Translations under genes and position numbers: made by a program
The notes under the pieces: generated by a model
What the model saw: the letters and a program-made list of their open reading frames with translations, nothing else
Database searches by the model: none
What the model was told of the DNA's origin: nothing
DNA from: Octopus sinensis
Lineage: Eukaryota
Length of the DNA: 64,000 nucleotides
Direction: 5' to 3'
Assembly: GCF_006345805.1 (NCBI RefSeq)
Contig: NC_043008.1
Coordinates: 4,836,001 to 4,900,000, forward strand
Shown here: in pieces, positions 1-12,240 of the stretch
Layout of the letters: every line of letters starts with the position of its first letter
Position numbering within the stretch: position 1 is the first letter of the stretch

Positions 1-445
1 TCAAGTAGTGAGTTTTTGTTGAGTGAGTTGTATCCAATTATGGCTGGCTTATCTGGTATTCTTTGAAGGAATCCATCCAGACTCCATTTAAAGTTGATGG
101 GATCCTTTTCCTCTTTGATCTCTTTCGGGACAATGTTAAATAGGGCAGGGCCTGTTGAGGAAAAGAAATTATGTTGCAGTGTACATGTATGCTGTGATCT
201 TGAATTGGGCAGGGGACGTATGGCCCGTGGTCCCAGTCTTGGATGAACCTTGAAGCTAATGTTCAGGTCGTTTGGGCAAAGTTGGCGGTATATTCTCCAC
301 ATTGTACAAATGATGTACCGCTCACGGCGATGCTGGAGAGAGTAAAGTTTCAAGGCTTTAAGGCGATCCCAATAATCGAGAGCAGCCATGCCTTCAATTT
401 GTTTAGTGAGAGCCCTCTGGGGTGACTCAATCCTGGAGATGTTTT
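1..445 (-). mobile_element. CR1/L2-type LINE, 3' end of RT ORF (degraded fragment)
   Basis: Minus strand reads KALKLYSLQHRRERYIICTMW...STGPALFNIVPKEI, matching the LYSLERRRERY C-terminal motif of the other LINE copies in the window. Confidence 0.75.
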
Positions 446-467
446 GATATATATATATATATATATA

Positions 468-997
468 TCAGAATCGAAATTGATCAATGGAAATTGCAGC
501 TGAGTTACCAGTGCCGGTGGCACGTAAGAGAACAATCCGAATGTGGCCGTTGCCAGCGCCGCCCCGACTGGCCTCATGCCAGTGGCACGTAAAAAGCACC
601 ATCCGTTCGTGGCCATTGCCAGCCTCACCTGGACCCCGTGCCAGTGGCACATAAAAAGCACCATCCGTTTGTGGCTGTCTGCCAGACTCGTCTGCACCAC
701 CATCCATTCGTGGCCGTTGCCAGCGCCACCCCGACTGGCCCCCGTGCCGGTGGCACGTAAAAAGCACCATCCGTCCATGGCCGTTTGCCAGCTCCGTCTG
801 GCACCTGTGCGGGTGGCACGTAAAAAGCACCCACTACACTCACGGAGTGGTTGGCGTTAGGAAGGGCATCCAGCCGTAGAAACACTGCCAGATCAGACTG
901 GAGCCTGGTGCAGCCTCCTGGTTTCCCAGACCCTGGTCGAACCGTCCAACCCATGCTAGCATGGAAAGCGGACGCTAAATGATGATGATGATGATGA
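468..997 (+). mobile_element. RTE LINE 3' UTR/tail (5'-truncated) with ~60 bp internal tandem units
   Basis: Five GTGGCAC(G/A)TAA units, then TAAAAAGCACCCACTACACTC...GGCGTTAGGAAGGGCATCCAGC...CCATGCTAGCATGG and a (GAT)n tail; the same sequence follows RTE coding sequence at 54695-55421. Confidence 0.75.
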
Positions 998-1353
998 TAT
1001 ATATATAGGAAAAGTAAGAAGAAAAACCGCAAAAATGCACATTGAATATCAAAACTTATTTTGAATTGTTAAAGAGATTCAAAGTGAAGCCGGTGTCACC
1101 ATTGTTGTTCACTGGTTTTGAACAGCAATGATGACTCCGGTTTGACTTTGAATTTCTCTAATAATTCAAAATAATGAATTTAATTCCTCTTAATTCTACC
1201 TCAGTTCATCTAATTGTATTTATTTATCACTAGTTTTCATAAAAAAGCCTTTATTTTTTTTTTATATTCAATGTGCATTTTCGCATTTATTCTTCTTACT
1301 TTCCCCAAATCTTTTCCACGTGTAGGTTCTATTTTCTTTTTGAAACATATTTC

Positions 1354-1401
<48 letters not shown>

Positions 1402-1450
1402 GCATGTGTGTGTGTAAAGATTGTTTGAAGCAGAGTACAGATTTTATATC

Positions 1451-1541
1451 TTAAGAAAAAGGAGATTTTCAGAATTTTGGATAACTATTTATTTATAAAT
1501 AAATAATCATCCAAAACTCCGACAATCTCCTTTTTCTTTAT
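1451..1541. repeat. Imperfect ~90 bp palindrome (MITE-like)
   Basis: AAGAAAAAGGAGATTTTCAGAATTTTGGATAACTATTTATTTA is mirrored by TAAATAAATAATCATCCAAAACTCCGACAATCTCCTTTTTCTT. Confidence 0.65.
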
Positions 1542-1937
1542 AATGTAAACGTGTGTGTATTAAAACTATTAGGAAACATTTTATATCACTAAAACTTTGA
1601 AATTTTCCATAGAAACACTATTAGATTCTCTTCTATTTGATCCATTTTTACATAACTCCTTGCTTTATCTAATCTCTCTAATTGGGCTCCACTTATTATT
1701 TATCCATCTACCAATAATTGCAATTGTTGATATTGAATTGTCTTTGTTTCTCTGAAATAAAATGATGTTTGTGACATTGCACATTTATGATGAGCAAATA
1801 AAGAAGGAGAAGATTTAATAAATGGAGTTAGAGAACTTTTCCAGTAATTACTGCCATCCTACACTTGTTCAGGCAAATTTATTGTTTGGCAAGACATACA
1901 TCAAACTCTCTTCTAATCATTTCAAGTGACGCTTCTA

Positions 1938-2006
1938 TCAATACACTTGCACTTTCTCATGTCCACTTTGAGATATTGTCACAGAGCTATCAGTCACATC
2001 TGGAAT
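1938..2006 (-). CDS. Candidate terminal coding exon of an unidentified minus-strand gene (IPDVTDSSVTISQSGHEKVQVY*)
   Basis: Acceptor ttctaactttcag, 22 open codons, TGA at 1938-1940, AATAAA at 1878-1883; no recognisable homology and no linked upstream exon. Confidence 0.25.
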   Translation of the reverse strand: MPDVTDSSVTISQSGHEKVQVY

Positions 2007-2693
2007 CTGAAAGTTAGAAATATATGCAGGGTATGGAACATTTTATTGATAACAAATGCTTATTCTAGAAATAATAAACATCGTAACCTCTGTACCACTG
2101 AAAGTACAAAAATACTTTTTGTCAAGTTCCCTCCTCAATCATCTGCTTAACATACATTAAATGTTTTGCACTTTCAGACATTTCAAAAGTTTGACTTAAC
2201 ATCAGATGTAGTTATTATAAGTATTATGTATTTTTATACTTTGCAACCACACTGGCCCTTGTACTTCCAGGGGCCCTTGTACTTCCCGGGGCCCTGTCGT
2301 CTCTTCTCTTTGTTTACAGCTGCTTAATACAGATTCCACTCACAGCTCATACTTGTGCTGTCCTCTTCGTTAATTAGGTCTCTTCCTCCTCCTCAGTCCT
2401 CTCACTCATTATAATTACATTTTCAATCACCCTTCTGAGGCTGATTATAATCAGATAATTATCTGATCTATTTACAACTTGTAATTATTACACATTACTA
2501 ATCTTTACTTAATTTTACAGGCACCTGTTCATTTTTTTTCTTTTTTTTTGCATCTCTCCTCTTTTACATTCCTCAAGCTTTACTAATTGCTTATTTGTTT
2601 CCATAGGTATTTTCATCAGTATTATATGTCTTTTTTCATTTTATAGTTTATCTCAAATATTGCCACCACACATAAAATGCAAAACCACTAGAC

Positions 2694-2917
2694 CAGTGTT
2701 TCCCAAGGTGGGCTATGACAGTAATTTTTAAGGCTGGGGTCACTTCAGAATGGGATGTGTATAACAGAAGAATAAAACTTGCAATAAATTTTTAATTAAA
2801 ACTTTATATGAATATCATATACTATGTCCTATATTCATTTATTCATGGTGAGCACATTTTTTTTTTTTTTTTTATATTTAAAGTCAGGTGTGGGACAGAA
2901 AAAGTTGAGAAGCACTG
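2694..2917. mobile_element. hAT (Charlie-like) non-autonomous MITE
   Basis: Termini CAGTGTTTCCCAA ... TTGAGAAGCACTG are imperfect inverted repeats with the CAGTG hAT end; TSD decayed. Confidence 0.6.
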
Positions 2918-3867
2918 TATTAGTCTTTTATTTCTACATCCCTGGTACCATTATTCTACAACCTGCACAACCCATTGACTATTTTGCTTTTTGTCAGTTT
3001 TCACTGAGTAACCTCATGCTTATATTAACTTTCACCATTTTAATTCCTAATTTCCAGTCTAGATTTAACTCTAGGTTCACTTATGTTTTCTATTTTATTC
3101 ACTTTTATTTATTTATTATTTGCATTTACTGATCTTCTTCATTAGTTCTTTGTTATTCTTTTTTTCTAAGAATGTGCACTGTTTCAAGGAGGCAAGATTT
3201 TGGGAGCACTTGCATGTCTACTTTGATGTTTAACCATTCCAGATAGTATATTATAGTTTGGGGTGGGACTGATCTCAATGCTCCAAAGATAAATGGTACC
3301 ATTTTCACATTTGCTGCAGGACAATCCCAAATTCGTTGATATCTCTACTTTTCAATCAGTATATATTTCTGAGATCTTTTCTACTTCCATAACTGTAAAG
3401 TTTTTTGTCTGAAGGAATTCTAATGCCTAACACAAAGCATTCTCCATTTATGTTTTGTATAATATACATCAATGCTTAATTCTGCTGTCTGTAAGGATGT
3501 CAAACTCCCATGGAAGTTTTGATTTACTAGATTCATTTAAGGTTTTTTTCTAGTACATGTTTGTACCATTTGTTTGATGTTTTTCACAAAATGACCAGTG
3601 TAACCCTAAGACATACCTTAACATGATATCACTTAACATTTTGAAGCCTGCTACTTGTTCAATATTCTCCACTCATTAGTTACACAAGTGGCATTTGTTT
3701 GTTAAAGTGGTGCAATAAATAGCCTTGCTCTCTGTGCTTGATTTTGGCCAGCCATACACAGTTCCTCTTCTCAGACCTCACTTTAGAGTCATAATTCGTC
3801 ATATTTTTGGTGTCTCTGAGGAATCATCCATGTAATTACATTTCCTCAGACATTTTCTTCCTTTCAG

Positions 3868-4030
3868 AAATTACCTTGCTTTGGTATGCTTTCTTCTGTT
3901 CAAATAAGTCCTAGTTCCATTGCAGCATGTTTAAGAAGTTCTTCACTCTTTGCAAGGAAGTGCTCTACTGACCTTTGTCACATCACAAATTTTCAATCAT
4001 TGTCACCATCCAATTGGGCAACTTACCCAG
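3868..4030 (+). other. Candidate internal exon (orphan gene or lncRNA)
   Basis: ttttcttcctttcag acceptor, 54 open codons (KLPCFGMLSS...NWATYP), CAG|gtaaat donor; no homology recognised. Confidence 0.2.
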
Positions 4031-4559
4031 GTAAATAAGCCATATTGGCCTTTCACTAGCTGAATGTCTCACCTGAGCATACCACAGATAATAAACAGTG
4101 GTTCATGGACTAAACTAGTCTTGACTGGTACTCACCATTAACAATTTGCTGATGGTTCATCCACTGACCACCAACTGGAAGTTCATCAGCCGAAACAGTT
4201 CACATTATTCATACTGCATCCCATGATTTCCACGTGACCTTGGCTCGGGAGGTTACTGGATGCTACGCCTACCCAAGGAAGCACTTATGGGTTGGCGGAG
4301 GGCTACTTATTCACAGCTGACCTCTATTTTCATGCTAATTAACCCATATCTGGGACCCTGGCAGGTACTGTTATTCCAGATCAGTGGATCATATACATAC
4401 ATATATGTGTATGTATATAGACACATACACATGCAGGCAAGCAGACAGATGTTTGAGAGAGAGAGAGAGAGAGAGAACATCATACATTTGCTTGTCTGAG
4501 TTTCGCTGCTTTCTTTCTTGGTTCTGTGCTGCATCTATTAAAACTGTTTCTACTTTTGC

Positions 4560-5625
4560 TCTTGTATTCCTCAATTCACTTACTTAATTATTTCTCGTTT
4601 ATTTATTTCTTATTGTCTTCTTCCACAAAAAATTTTCTATCCCCAAAGTCTGTAGCAATTTATTTCTCTTTCTGAAAACATGTACACTTCCAGATTTGTT
4701 CTAAGTATGACATTTTCAAATACTTGTTCTTGTTGTGAATATGTGAATCAAATTGGCCTATAACATAATTTTTTTTTTTTCACTTCTAATTTAACTATTT
4801 TTTCCCATAAACATGTTTTTTACCACTCTAATACTGGCTTTAAAACTTCTCTAGATTTTTAATGGATCACCAGAGCTTCTTTGAGTTTCCTAAAATATCC
4901 TCCCTTAATGTTAGCCAACAATTTTTTGAATAAGTTCTTTTCTACAAACTTTTTCCAAAATTTCTCTTTTTCTTGCAACGTTTTCCATTTGTCAGTTATT
5001 TCACCTTTTTTTAAGTATATAGGTGCAGGTATGGCTGTGTGGTAAGAAGCTTGCTTCCCAACCTCATGGTTCCAGGTTCAATCCCACTGCATGTCACCTT
5101 GGGCAAGTGTCTTTCTACTGCAGCCTCAGGCTAATCAATGTGACTGGATTTTGTAGATGGAAATTGAAAGAAGCCCATGTGTGTGTGTGTGTGTGTGTGT
5201 TTGTTCCCCCACCTTAACAACTGGTGCTGGTGTGTTTAATTCCCTCTAACTTAGCAGCTCAGCAAAAGGAACTGATAAAATAAGTGCCAGGCTTATAAAA
5301 TATATCTTCTCAACTAGTTTTTCTAAATATTTCTAGAGTTTGCTTCTATCTGAGACATTCAAATTTTTGCAGTCTTTCATCTCCATTGGACATTAAGCAG
5401 TAATTTTACCCCCTAAATATGGACCTTTAATTGACCATAGATTTAAACTAAATACACTCACCCAACTCATCTCCAACTCTTACAATCCTACCTTTTCTTC
5501 CTTTGTAACATTTCTTCTTAATTTTTATAAAGTTTTCAATGTTTCTTTTCTTTCTCTCTCCATCTTTAAATAGTTTCACAGCAAGTTTGGTTTCATCGCT
5601 TAGGATTTTTGCCTTTGACATTTGA
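4560..5625 (-). mobile_element. Very degraded Tc1/Tc3-like transposase fossil, interrupted by a SINE
   Basis: Minus strand begins MSKAKILSDETKLAVKLFKDG (resembles a Tc3 HTH N-terminus) and continues with stops and frameshifts. Confidence 0.35.
5021..5300 (+). mobile_element. tRNA-derived SINE family A (3'-truncated)
   Basis: A box TGGCTGTGTGG, B box GGTTCAATCCC, CORE-like CCTTGGGCAAGTGTC, internal (TG)n. Confidence 0.8.
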
Positions 5626-7035
5626 CACCTTACTGAAAATATTATTCTAGTTACTATGATGCTATCATATCTGATCTTAAATACTTCCTCAACAAATTAA
5701 CCAAAGATATCAAAGAAACAGAGCTGTGAATAAATATTCATCAAACAAAATATATATTGATCAGGCAAAATAAACTTTGATTAGACAAAATTAGAATTGA
5801 TCAAGTGAAATAAATATTGATCAGGCAAAATAAGCCATGCTCAGACAGAATCTATATCTTTTTATGTAAACACAACAGTTTCTATAGATTGCAAGGACAG
5901 CAGTCAGAGCATAAATATTTAAGACCATAGGGAGTATTTTATAGGAGATTTGGTTGTTAATTCTTGCAGGTTGAATGACTGTGTATTGTGCTTGCTCGTT
6001 AACTCCACTGAATGTGACCAGGGCCACATAGCAACAATGTTGACAGCAGCAATAACAACAACTAGACCATAAATATTTCCAATTATCTAAGACACAGAAT
6101 ACCACATGCTATAAAACAGATGTATAATAGAGGAAGCCTTTCAACAAATACAAAGGAGCTTATAGCTTTGGATGAATTTCTATCAGAACACATCAAGACA
6201 TATCAACATAATCTAGATTGCTTTCTCATCATCATCATCGTCATTATACCCATTACTGATACCTTGAAGATAATGATGTAAGATCATATTAATTGAGGGT
6301 CTCTACTTGAAACAATAGTCAATGACATTGAACAGCTGTAATTGGTGTTTTATGGTGTTTCTCCATTTTCGTTTTATGTCTTGATTCCTTCTGGATGTTC
6401 TGATTTCTCCAGAGACGGTCCAGAATGCTGATGGAAGCCGGCTTAATTATGTACTGCCCAATAAAATTCCCTGTTTGTTGTTCGCATTTGATAATAATGA
6501 CCTCATAACATCTCCAAACAATTCTCCATTGTAAAGCAAATTGAAAATTGAGTTGTTGTTGATTAGCTTCGGGGTCAGTCAGACCTATAAATCCATGGAA
6601 TTCCAACCTTGACCATCTCAACTTTCAAGAGCATATCTAGAACTACAGTATCTAATGAGTTAAATTTGAGGAATAATTAATTATTATTTCAAGCAAGTTG
6701 AGTGATCATGTAGAGGCTCCCTCAGTTGGTGGTTTGGGTAACTGACAAAATGAAACTGCAAATAACTGAGGTTGGCTGTACCAACAGGCAAACATTCGAG
6801 TTTCTCTAAAATACTTGGGTTAGTGTAATTTTCAAAAGCCAGATGAGTGTGGTGTGGGGCATTTAAGTTGCTACAAACAAGGAAGCCTTTAGAAGCTGCT
6901 GGGAAAATGTGCAGTGTTAAGGGTGATCCATTGGAATATACAAGAAAAAAATATATATGCATACATACCTATATATATACATATGCATATATATATGTAT
7001 ATACATGTATAAATATGTATATATATAAGTATATG

Positions 7036-7069
<34 letters not shown>

Positions 7070-7071
7070 TG

Positions 7072-7122
<51 letters not shown>

Positions 7123-7140
7123 GTATGTATATATATATAT

Positions 7141-7800
7141 CTGTGAAAATTAATACCATGCGGGCAGAGGAATTCGACTGATTGCGTATATATGCGGATG
7201 TCCGCTTGCATTGGATGGTACCGTCGTGGTGATATTAATTTTATTGACTTTTATTGACTTTTTGTGAAATGACACATTTTAATATATTGGACTGTTTAAT
7301 ATATATGCCTGCTTTGAGTGTGAGTGTGTCTGTTGTGGTTTCTTGATGTTGGTTGAGGAGCTGTGGAGTTCAATATGGAACATTATTGTGTTTGTTGATG
7401 TATATTGATCTATATTGTTTATATTGTATTATTGTGTATATATATATATATGTAAGAATATGAGTGTGTATGCACACATATTTATATTTATATTTTTTAG
7501 GATTTGTACTCATACTTGCATTAAAATCTCTGAAGAGGCCGTGAGATATTCTTGTTAATGTCTCATTTATACCTACTTTATATGGCTAATAGGTTAAATG
7601 AGACATACCTGTCTTCACGGCCGAAACAGCTGTCAGCTACAATGTAAATGTATTTCTATTTCTATTTCTATGTCTTGTTATATTTGTACTATATTAATGT
7701 ATAATAGCATTGCTATTGTGTAGTGGTTTAATAAAGTATTGATTGGGTATTATCTGATAGTTGATGATTGATTTAGATATATTTCTCCATTTTCTCATTT
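7141..7800 (+). mobile_element. Penelope-like element terminal repeat (pLTR) fragment
   Basis: Contains a CTGAAGAG...CGAAACAGCTGTC hammerhead signature typical of PLE terminal repeats; flanked by TA microsatellites. Confidence 0.55.
7517..7646 (+). ncRNA. Type I hammerhead ribozyme motif with extended stem II
   Basis: CUGAAGA 7530-7536; stem II GGCCGUGA 7537-7544 pairs with UCACGGCC 7615-7622; GAAAC 7623-7627, palindromic loop AGCU, GUC cleavage triplet 7632-7634; stem I is imperfect. Confidence 0.65.
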
Positions 7801-7852
7801 TGTATATGTATATATATATATGTATATATATGTATATATATATGTATATATA

Positions 7853-8260
7853 TATTCTTTTACTCTTTTACTTGTTTCAGTCATTTTGACTGCGGCCATG
7901 CTGGAGCACCGCATTTTAGTCGAGCAAATCGATCCCGGGACTCATTCTTTTTGTAAGCCCAGTACTTATTCTATCGGTCTCTTTTTGCCGAACCACTAAG
8001 TGACGGGGACGTAAACACACCAGCATCGGTTGTCAAGCAATGCTAGGGGAACAAACACAGACACACAAAAACACACACACATACATTATATACATATACG
8101 ACAGGCTTCTTTCAGTTTCCGTCTACCAAATCCACTCACAAGGCATTGGTCGGCCCGGGGCTATAGCAGAAGACACTTGCCCAAGATGCCACGCAGTGGA
8201 CTGAACCCGGAACCATGTGGTTGGTTAGCAAGCTACTTACCACACAGCCACTCCTGCGCC
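7853..8260 (-). mobile_element. tRNA-derived SINE family A, full length
   Basis: Complete head (GTGGCTGTGTGGTAAG...GGTTCAGTCC), CORE-like domain, (TG)n, tail GCGGTGCTCCAGCATGGCCGCAGTCAAAATGACTGAAACAAGTAAAAGAGTAAAAGA. Confidence 0.9.
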
Positions 8261-8642
8261 TATATATGTATATATATATATATATGTATATATATGTATA
8301 TATATATATGTATGTATATATATATGTATATATATGTATATGTATATATATATGTATATATATGTATGTGTATATATATATATATGTATATATATATGTA
8401 TGTATATATATATATGTATGTATATGTATGTATATGTCCAACCCATGCTAGCATGGAGAACGGACGTTAAACGATGATGATGATATATATGTATATATAT
8501 GTATGTATTTATATATGTGTATATATGTGTGTGTGTGTGTATATATATATATGTGTGTGTATATGTATGTATATATATGTGTATGTATATATATGATACA
8601 TATCTATATATATATGTATATATATATATAAAATATTATAAA

Positions 8643-8674
<32 letters not shown>

Positions 8675-8844
8675 GTATGTATATATATATATGTGTATGT
8701 ATGTATATGTATGTATATATACATGTATGTATATATATATATATATGTATGTATATGTATGTATATATATATATATATGTGTATATGTGTGTGTGTGTAT
8801 ATATATATGTATGTGTATATGTATATATATATGTATATATGTAT

Positions 8845-8924
<80 letters not shown>

Positions 8925-9180
8925 ATAGATGTATATATGTATACATATGTATATGTGTGTATGTATATACATATGTGTATATATATGTATGTATATATAT
9001 ATGTGCATATATATACATGTATGTTTTTATATGTATATACATATATGTATATAGATATATATATATATATAACGTATTATAATATATATATATAATATAT
9101 ATATATAATACTATAATATATACATATATATATATACGTATTATATATATATATATATTATATATACATATATGTATATT
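8261..9180. repeat. Compound (TA)n/(TATG)n/(TG)n microsatellite containing a 50 bp RTE tail at 8436-8485
   Basis: Direct inspection; GTCCAACCCATGCTAGCATGGAGAACGGACGTTAAACGATGATG is embedded. Confidence 0.95.
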
Positions 9181-9419
9181 AGAAGAAATGAGGTACTCAG
9201 AAATCCTGATCGTTTTATATTTACAGATATTTATTAGTATGTTACATGTTTTTATACATCATATATCATACATCATATATTAGTGCTTTCATCCATTCTA
9301 GTGGAGCTTTCAAATTGAACTACATTTTTGCAGGAATTTTGACTCTTTTATAGTATATTGAGTGTGTGTAGTGGTGGGGAGAGATGATAAGATTAGTACA
9401 AGAGGGGAGGAATGGGAGA

Positions 9420-9975
9420 AAGTGAGAGAGCATGTGTGTGTGTGTGTGTTTGTATCTGAAAGTAGTGTTAAAGAAAAAGAAGGAAAGGAAGAAAAGAGAG
9501 AGAAAGAAGAAAAAATTTGTTGATATCTTTGCAGCTGGTCAGTCTTTCAATAGTAAATGATTCCTCACTTTGAGGAATGGCAAACCCAGCTGGTCACTCC
9601 AAGGCAGAGCGAAATGTCACTTTTCAAAAAATTGTCTGGATTTCTCTTTATCATTGTCTTGTGAGAGAGTGTATGTATGTGCGTGCATGTATGTGGGTGT
9701 CTGTGTATCTGAAAAGGGTGTCAAATGGAAAAGGAAATAAAAGGAAGAAGGAGAGAAAGAAGAAAAAAATGTGTTACATTTTTGCAGCTGGTCAGTCATT
9801 CAATAGTAAATGATTCTTGGTTTTTAGAAATTGCAAACCCAGTTGGCCACTTCAAGTGGGGCAAAATGTCACTTCTCAAAAAATTGTCTGGATTTCTTTT
9901 TATTGTTGTTTTGTGAGAGAGAGAGTGTGTGCGTGTGTGTGGGTGCCTGTGTATCTGAAAGGGGTGTCGATGGAG
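9420..9975. repeat. Diverged tandem duplication, ~250 bp unit, ~2.2 copies
   Basis: TTTGCAGCTGGTCAGTC(T/A)TTCAATAGTAAATGATTC and AAAAAATTGTCTGGATTTCT each recur ~250 bp apart. Confidence 0.85.
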
Positions 9976-10089
9976 AATCTGGATGAAATATTGTTTTTAT
10001 TTATGTATATGTACATATGTGTAGTACTGTGTGTGTTTAATACAATTTACTTTACAATATTGGTCCTTCATCTAGTACAAATTATTATA

Positions 10090-10975
10090 GAAATATTTTC
10101 AGCTATTCAATTTTGAAGAGAACTTTGTTATGAAGTATTTTTCCATATTTCTTTGGACATTTGTAGAAGGGAAAGATCTTAAATTTTCCTTCTCCACATG
10201 TATCTAGATGTTTACTCAGTGTAATCTTTCACAGTTCCTCCTGTTGGACATGTTGTCGGTGAATTGTGACTCGTTGGCATAAAGAATTTCCAGTTTCACC
10301 TATATAATTCTCCTTGCATATGGGGCAGGTTATGCAGTATATTATGTTCTGCGTCTTGCAGTTCATGTCTGCATTTACTTTGAATATGTGACCACTCTTA
10401 AAGTTCATTTGTTTGTCTCCCTCTATGTTTTTGTAGGTGGGGTTACTGCAGATCCCACTTCTACCATCTCCGCACTCTTTTACAAAGAATTCAGTTTTAG
10501 TTTTTGATGAGAATTTCGCTCTTGTTAGTTGTTTCTTTAGGTTTTTGTCTTTTCGTTTACTGCTTTTTATGCAATATTTGTTTAATGTTTCCCATTTTGG
10601 GGCTTTGTAAGGCTATTGGTAGGTTTGAATGTATGATTTGAAACATGTTGGTAACTCCAGGGTTGTGTGTGTTTATGAAAGGGATAACGTTTTCTTTGTT
10701 TTACATTTTGGGGGTTCTGAGTTGTGCAATGTCCAGTTTCATTGCTCTTGAGATTCTGTTTTCTATTAGTTTGAGTGGGTATTTCTGTTCTAGTGGGAAG
10801 TTTTTAAGTTCATCGAGTCTTATTTGGCGTGCTTGTGAGTTGGTTATTATGCTGCATATGTGTCTTGTCATACTGTATGGGATGTTTCTTTTTATGTGGG
10901 ATGGGTGGCAGGAGTAGAAATTTAAATATTGGTGTGGGTCGGTTTTTTTGTAGTGGATGTCTGTTGCGATGATGG
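10090..10975 (-). mobile_element. Penelope-like retroelement: RT C-terminus plus GIY-YIG endonuclease (pseudogenised)
   Basis: TDIHYKKTDPHQYLNFYSCHPSHIKRNIPYS and MNCKTQNIIYCITCPICKENYIGETGNSL...HRQH...KHL; in-frame stop present. Confidence 0.9.
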
Positions 10976-11105
10976 AGTTGTGTGATTAGCTTGACACTTG
11001 ATGGTGACCATAGCTGAGAGCAATAGTCAAAGTGGCTTAGGACAAGTGTCCTCCAGAGGACCATCATGGTTTCCTGGTCTCTTGTTCTAAAGGTTCTAAG
11101 AATCC
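10976..11105 (-). mobile_element. CR1/L2-type LINE internal RT fragment
   Basis: [35 protein letters not shown]; closely similar to about 18430-18560. Confidence 0.8.
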
Positions 11106-11123
11106 ATAAAAATATATACACAC

Positions 11124-11160
<37 letters not shown>

Positions 11161-11231
11161 CTCATATATATATATACAAACACATATATATATACACATA
11201 TGTATATACATATATATATATTTTTTTTTTC

Positions 11232-11845
11232 TCTGGTTTCAGCTCAGAGCTGCGGCCATGCTGATGCACCGCCGTTTTGTGCTACACTGCTATTGCGAAG
11301 AACCTTGTCTAATATGTGGCACTTGGTGAAGAATGTAGTTTGATATAGCTACTCTCATTTGCACCTCTTGCCGTGAGGTAGGTTCATCTGGGACTCTCCA
11401 TAGGAAGATGTCCAGCTTTGATTTAAAAACCGCTACATCTACTTTGTGCAAGTTCCTCAGGCTGTTGCAGAAGCTGGTCCTGAAGCGTGATGGCATTTAT
11501 GGGATCTTTGGCACTATACAGTGTTGTCCCGTTCTAGCATTGCTGTACCTTACAATGCCAAAATGTGGCAGAATTCCTTCCAGGATCTTCCAGACATATA
11601 TTACTGCGTAACTCTCCCGTCTTCTCTCCAGGAAGTAGAGTCTTAGCTGTTTCAACCTTTCCCAGTAGCTGAGCTGTTGCAAAGAGACGATCTTCTTTGT
11701 GAATCTTCTCTGGATTGCTTCAAGGTCCGCTGTTAATTTCACACTCGTAGGTGACCATAGCTGTGAGAAGTAATCCAGGCGACTGAGGACGAATGTCCGC
11801 CAGAGGACCATCATGGTTTCCTTATCTCTGGTTCTGAATGTTCTT
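11232..11845 (-). mobile_element. CR1/L2-type LINE, 5'-truncated 3' end
   Basis: [10 protein letters not shown]...LSYWERLKQLRLYFLERRRESYAVIYVWKILEG; tail GGCGGTGCATCAGCATGGCCGCAGCTCTGAGCTGAAAC. Confidence 0.9.
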
Positions 11846-12183
11846 ACATATATATATATACATATATATATATATATTTACATCTATACATATATATATA
11901 TATATTTACATCTATATATATATATACATAAATATATATATACATATATATATATACATATACATATATATATATATATACATATATACACATATATATA
12001 TATATATACATACATATACATATATATATATATACATACATATACATATATATATACACATACATATACATATATACACATACATATATATATATATACA
12101 CATACATATATATATATATACACATACATATATATATATACACATACATATATATATATATACATATACATTATTATATATAC

Positions 12184-12240
<57 letters not shown>

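Noticed and set aside
350-1032. Overlapping 105-142 aa ORFs (also 15391-15891)
   Set aside because: They lie in GC-rich RTE 3' UTR tandem units and are non-coding.
3870-3990. Minus-strand frame with in-frame TGA (selenocysteine idea: MELGLI*TEESIPKQ)
   Set aside because: No selenoprotein motif, no acceptor-supported exon and no SECIS identifiable.
4146-4215. Second hammerhead (GCTGATG...CATCAGCCGAAACAGTT)
   Set aside because: Stem II and GAAAC are present, but there is no upstream CUGANGA and no NUH triplet; at best a decayed PLE fragment.
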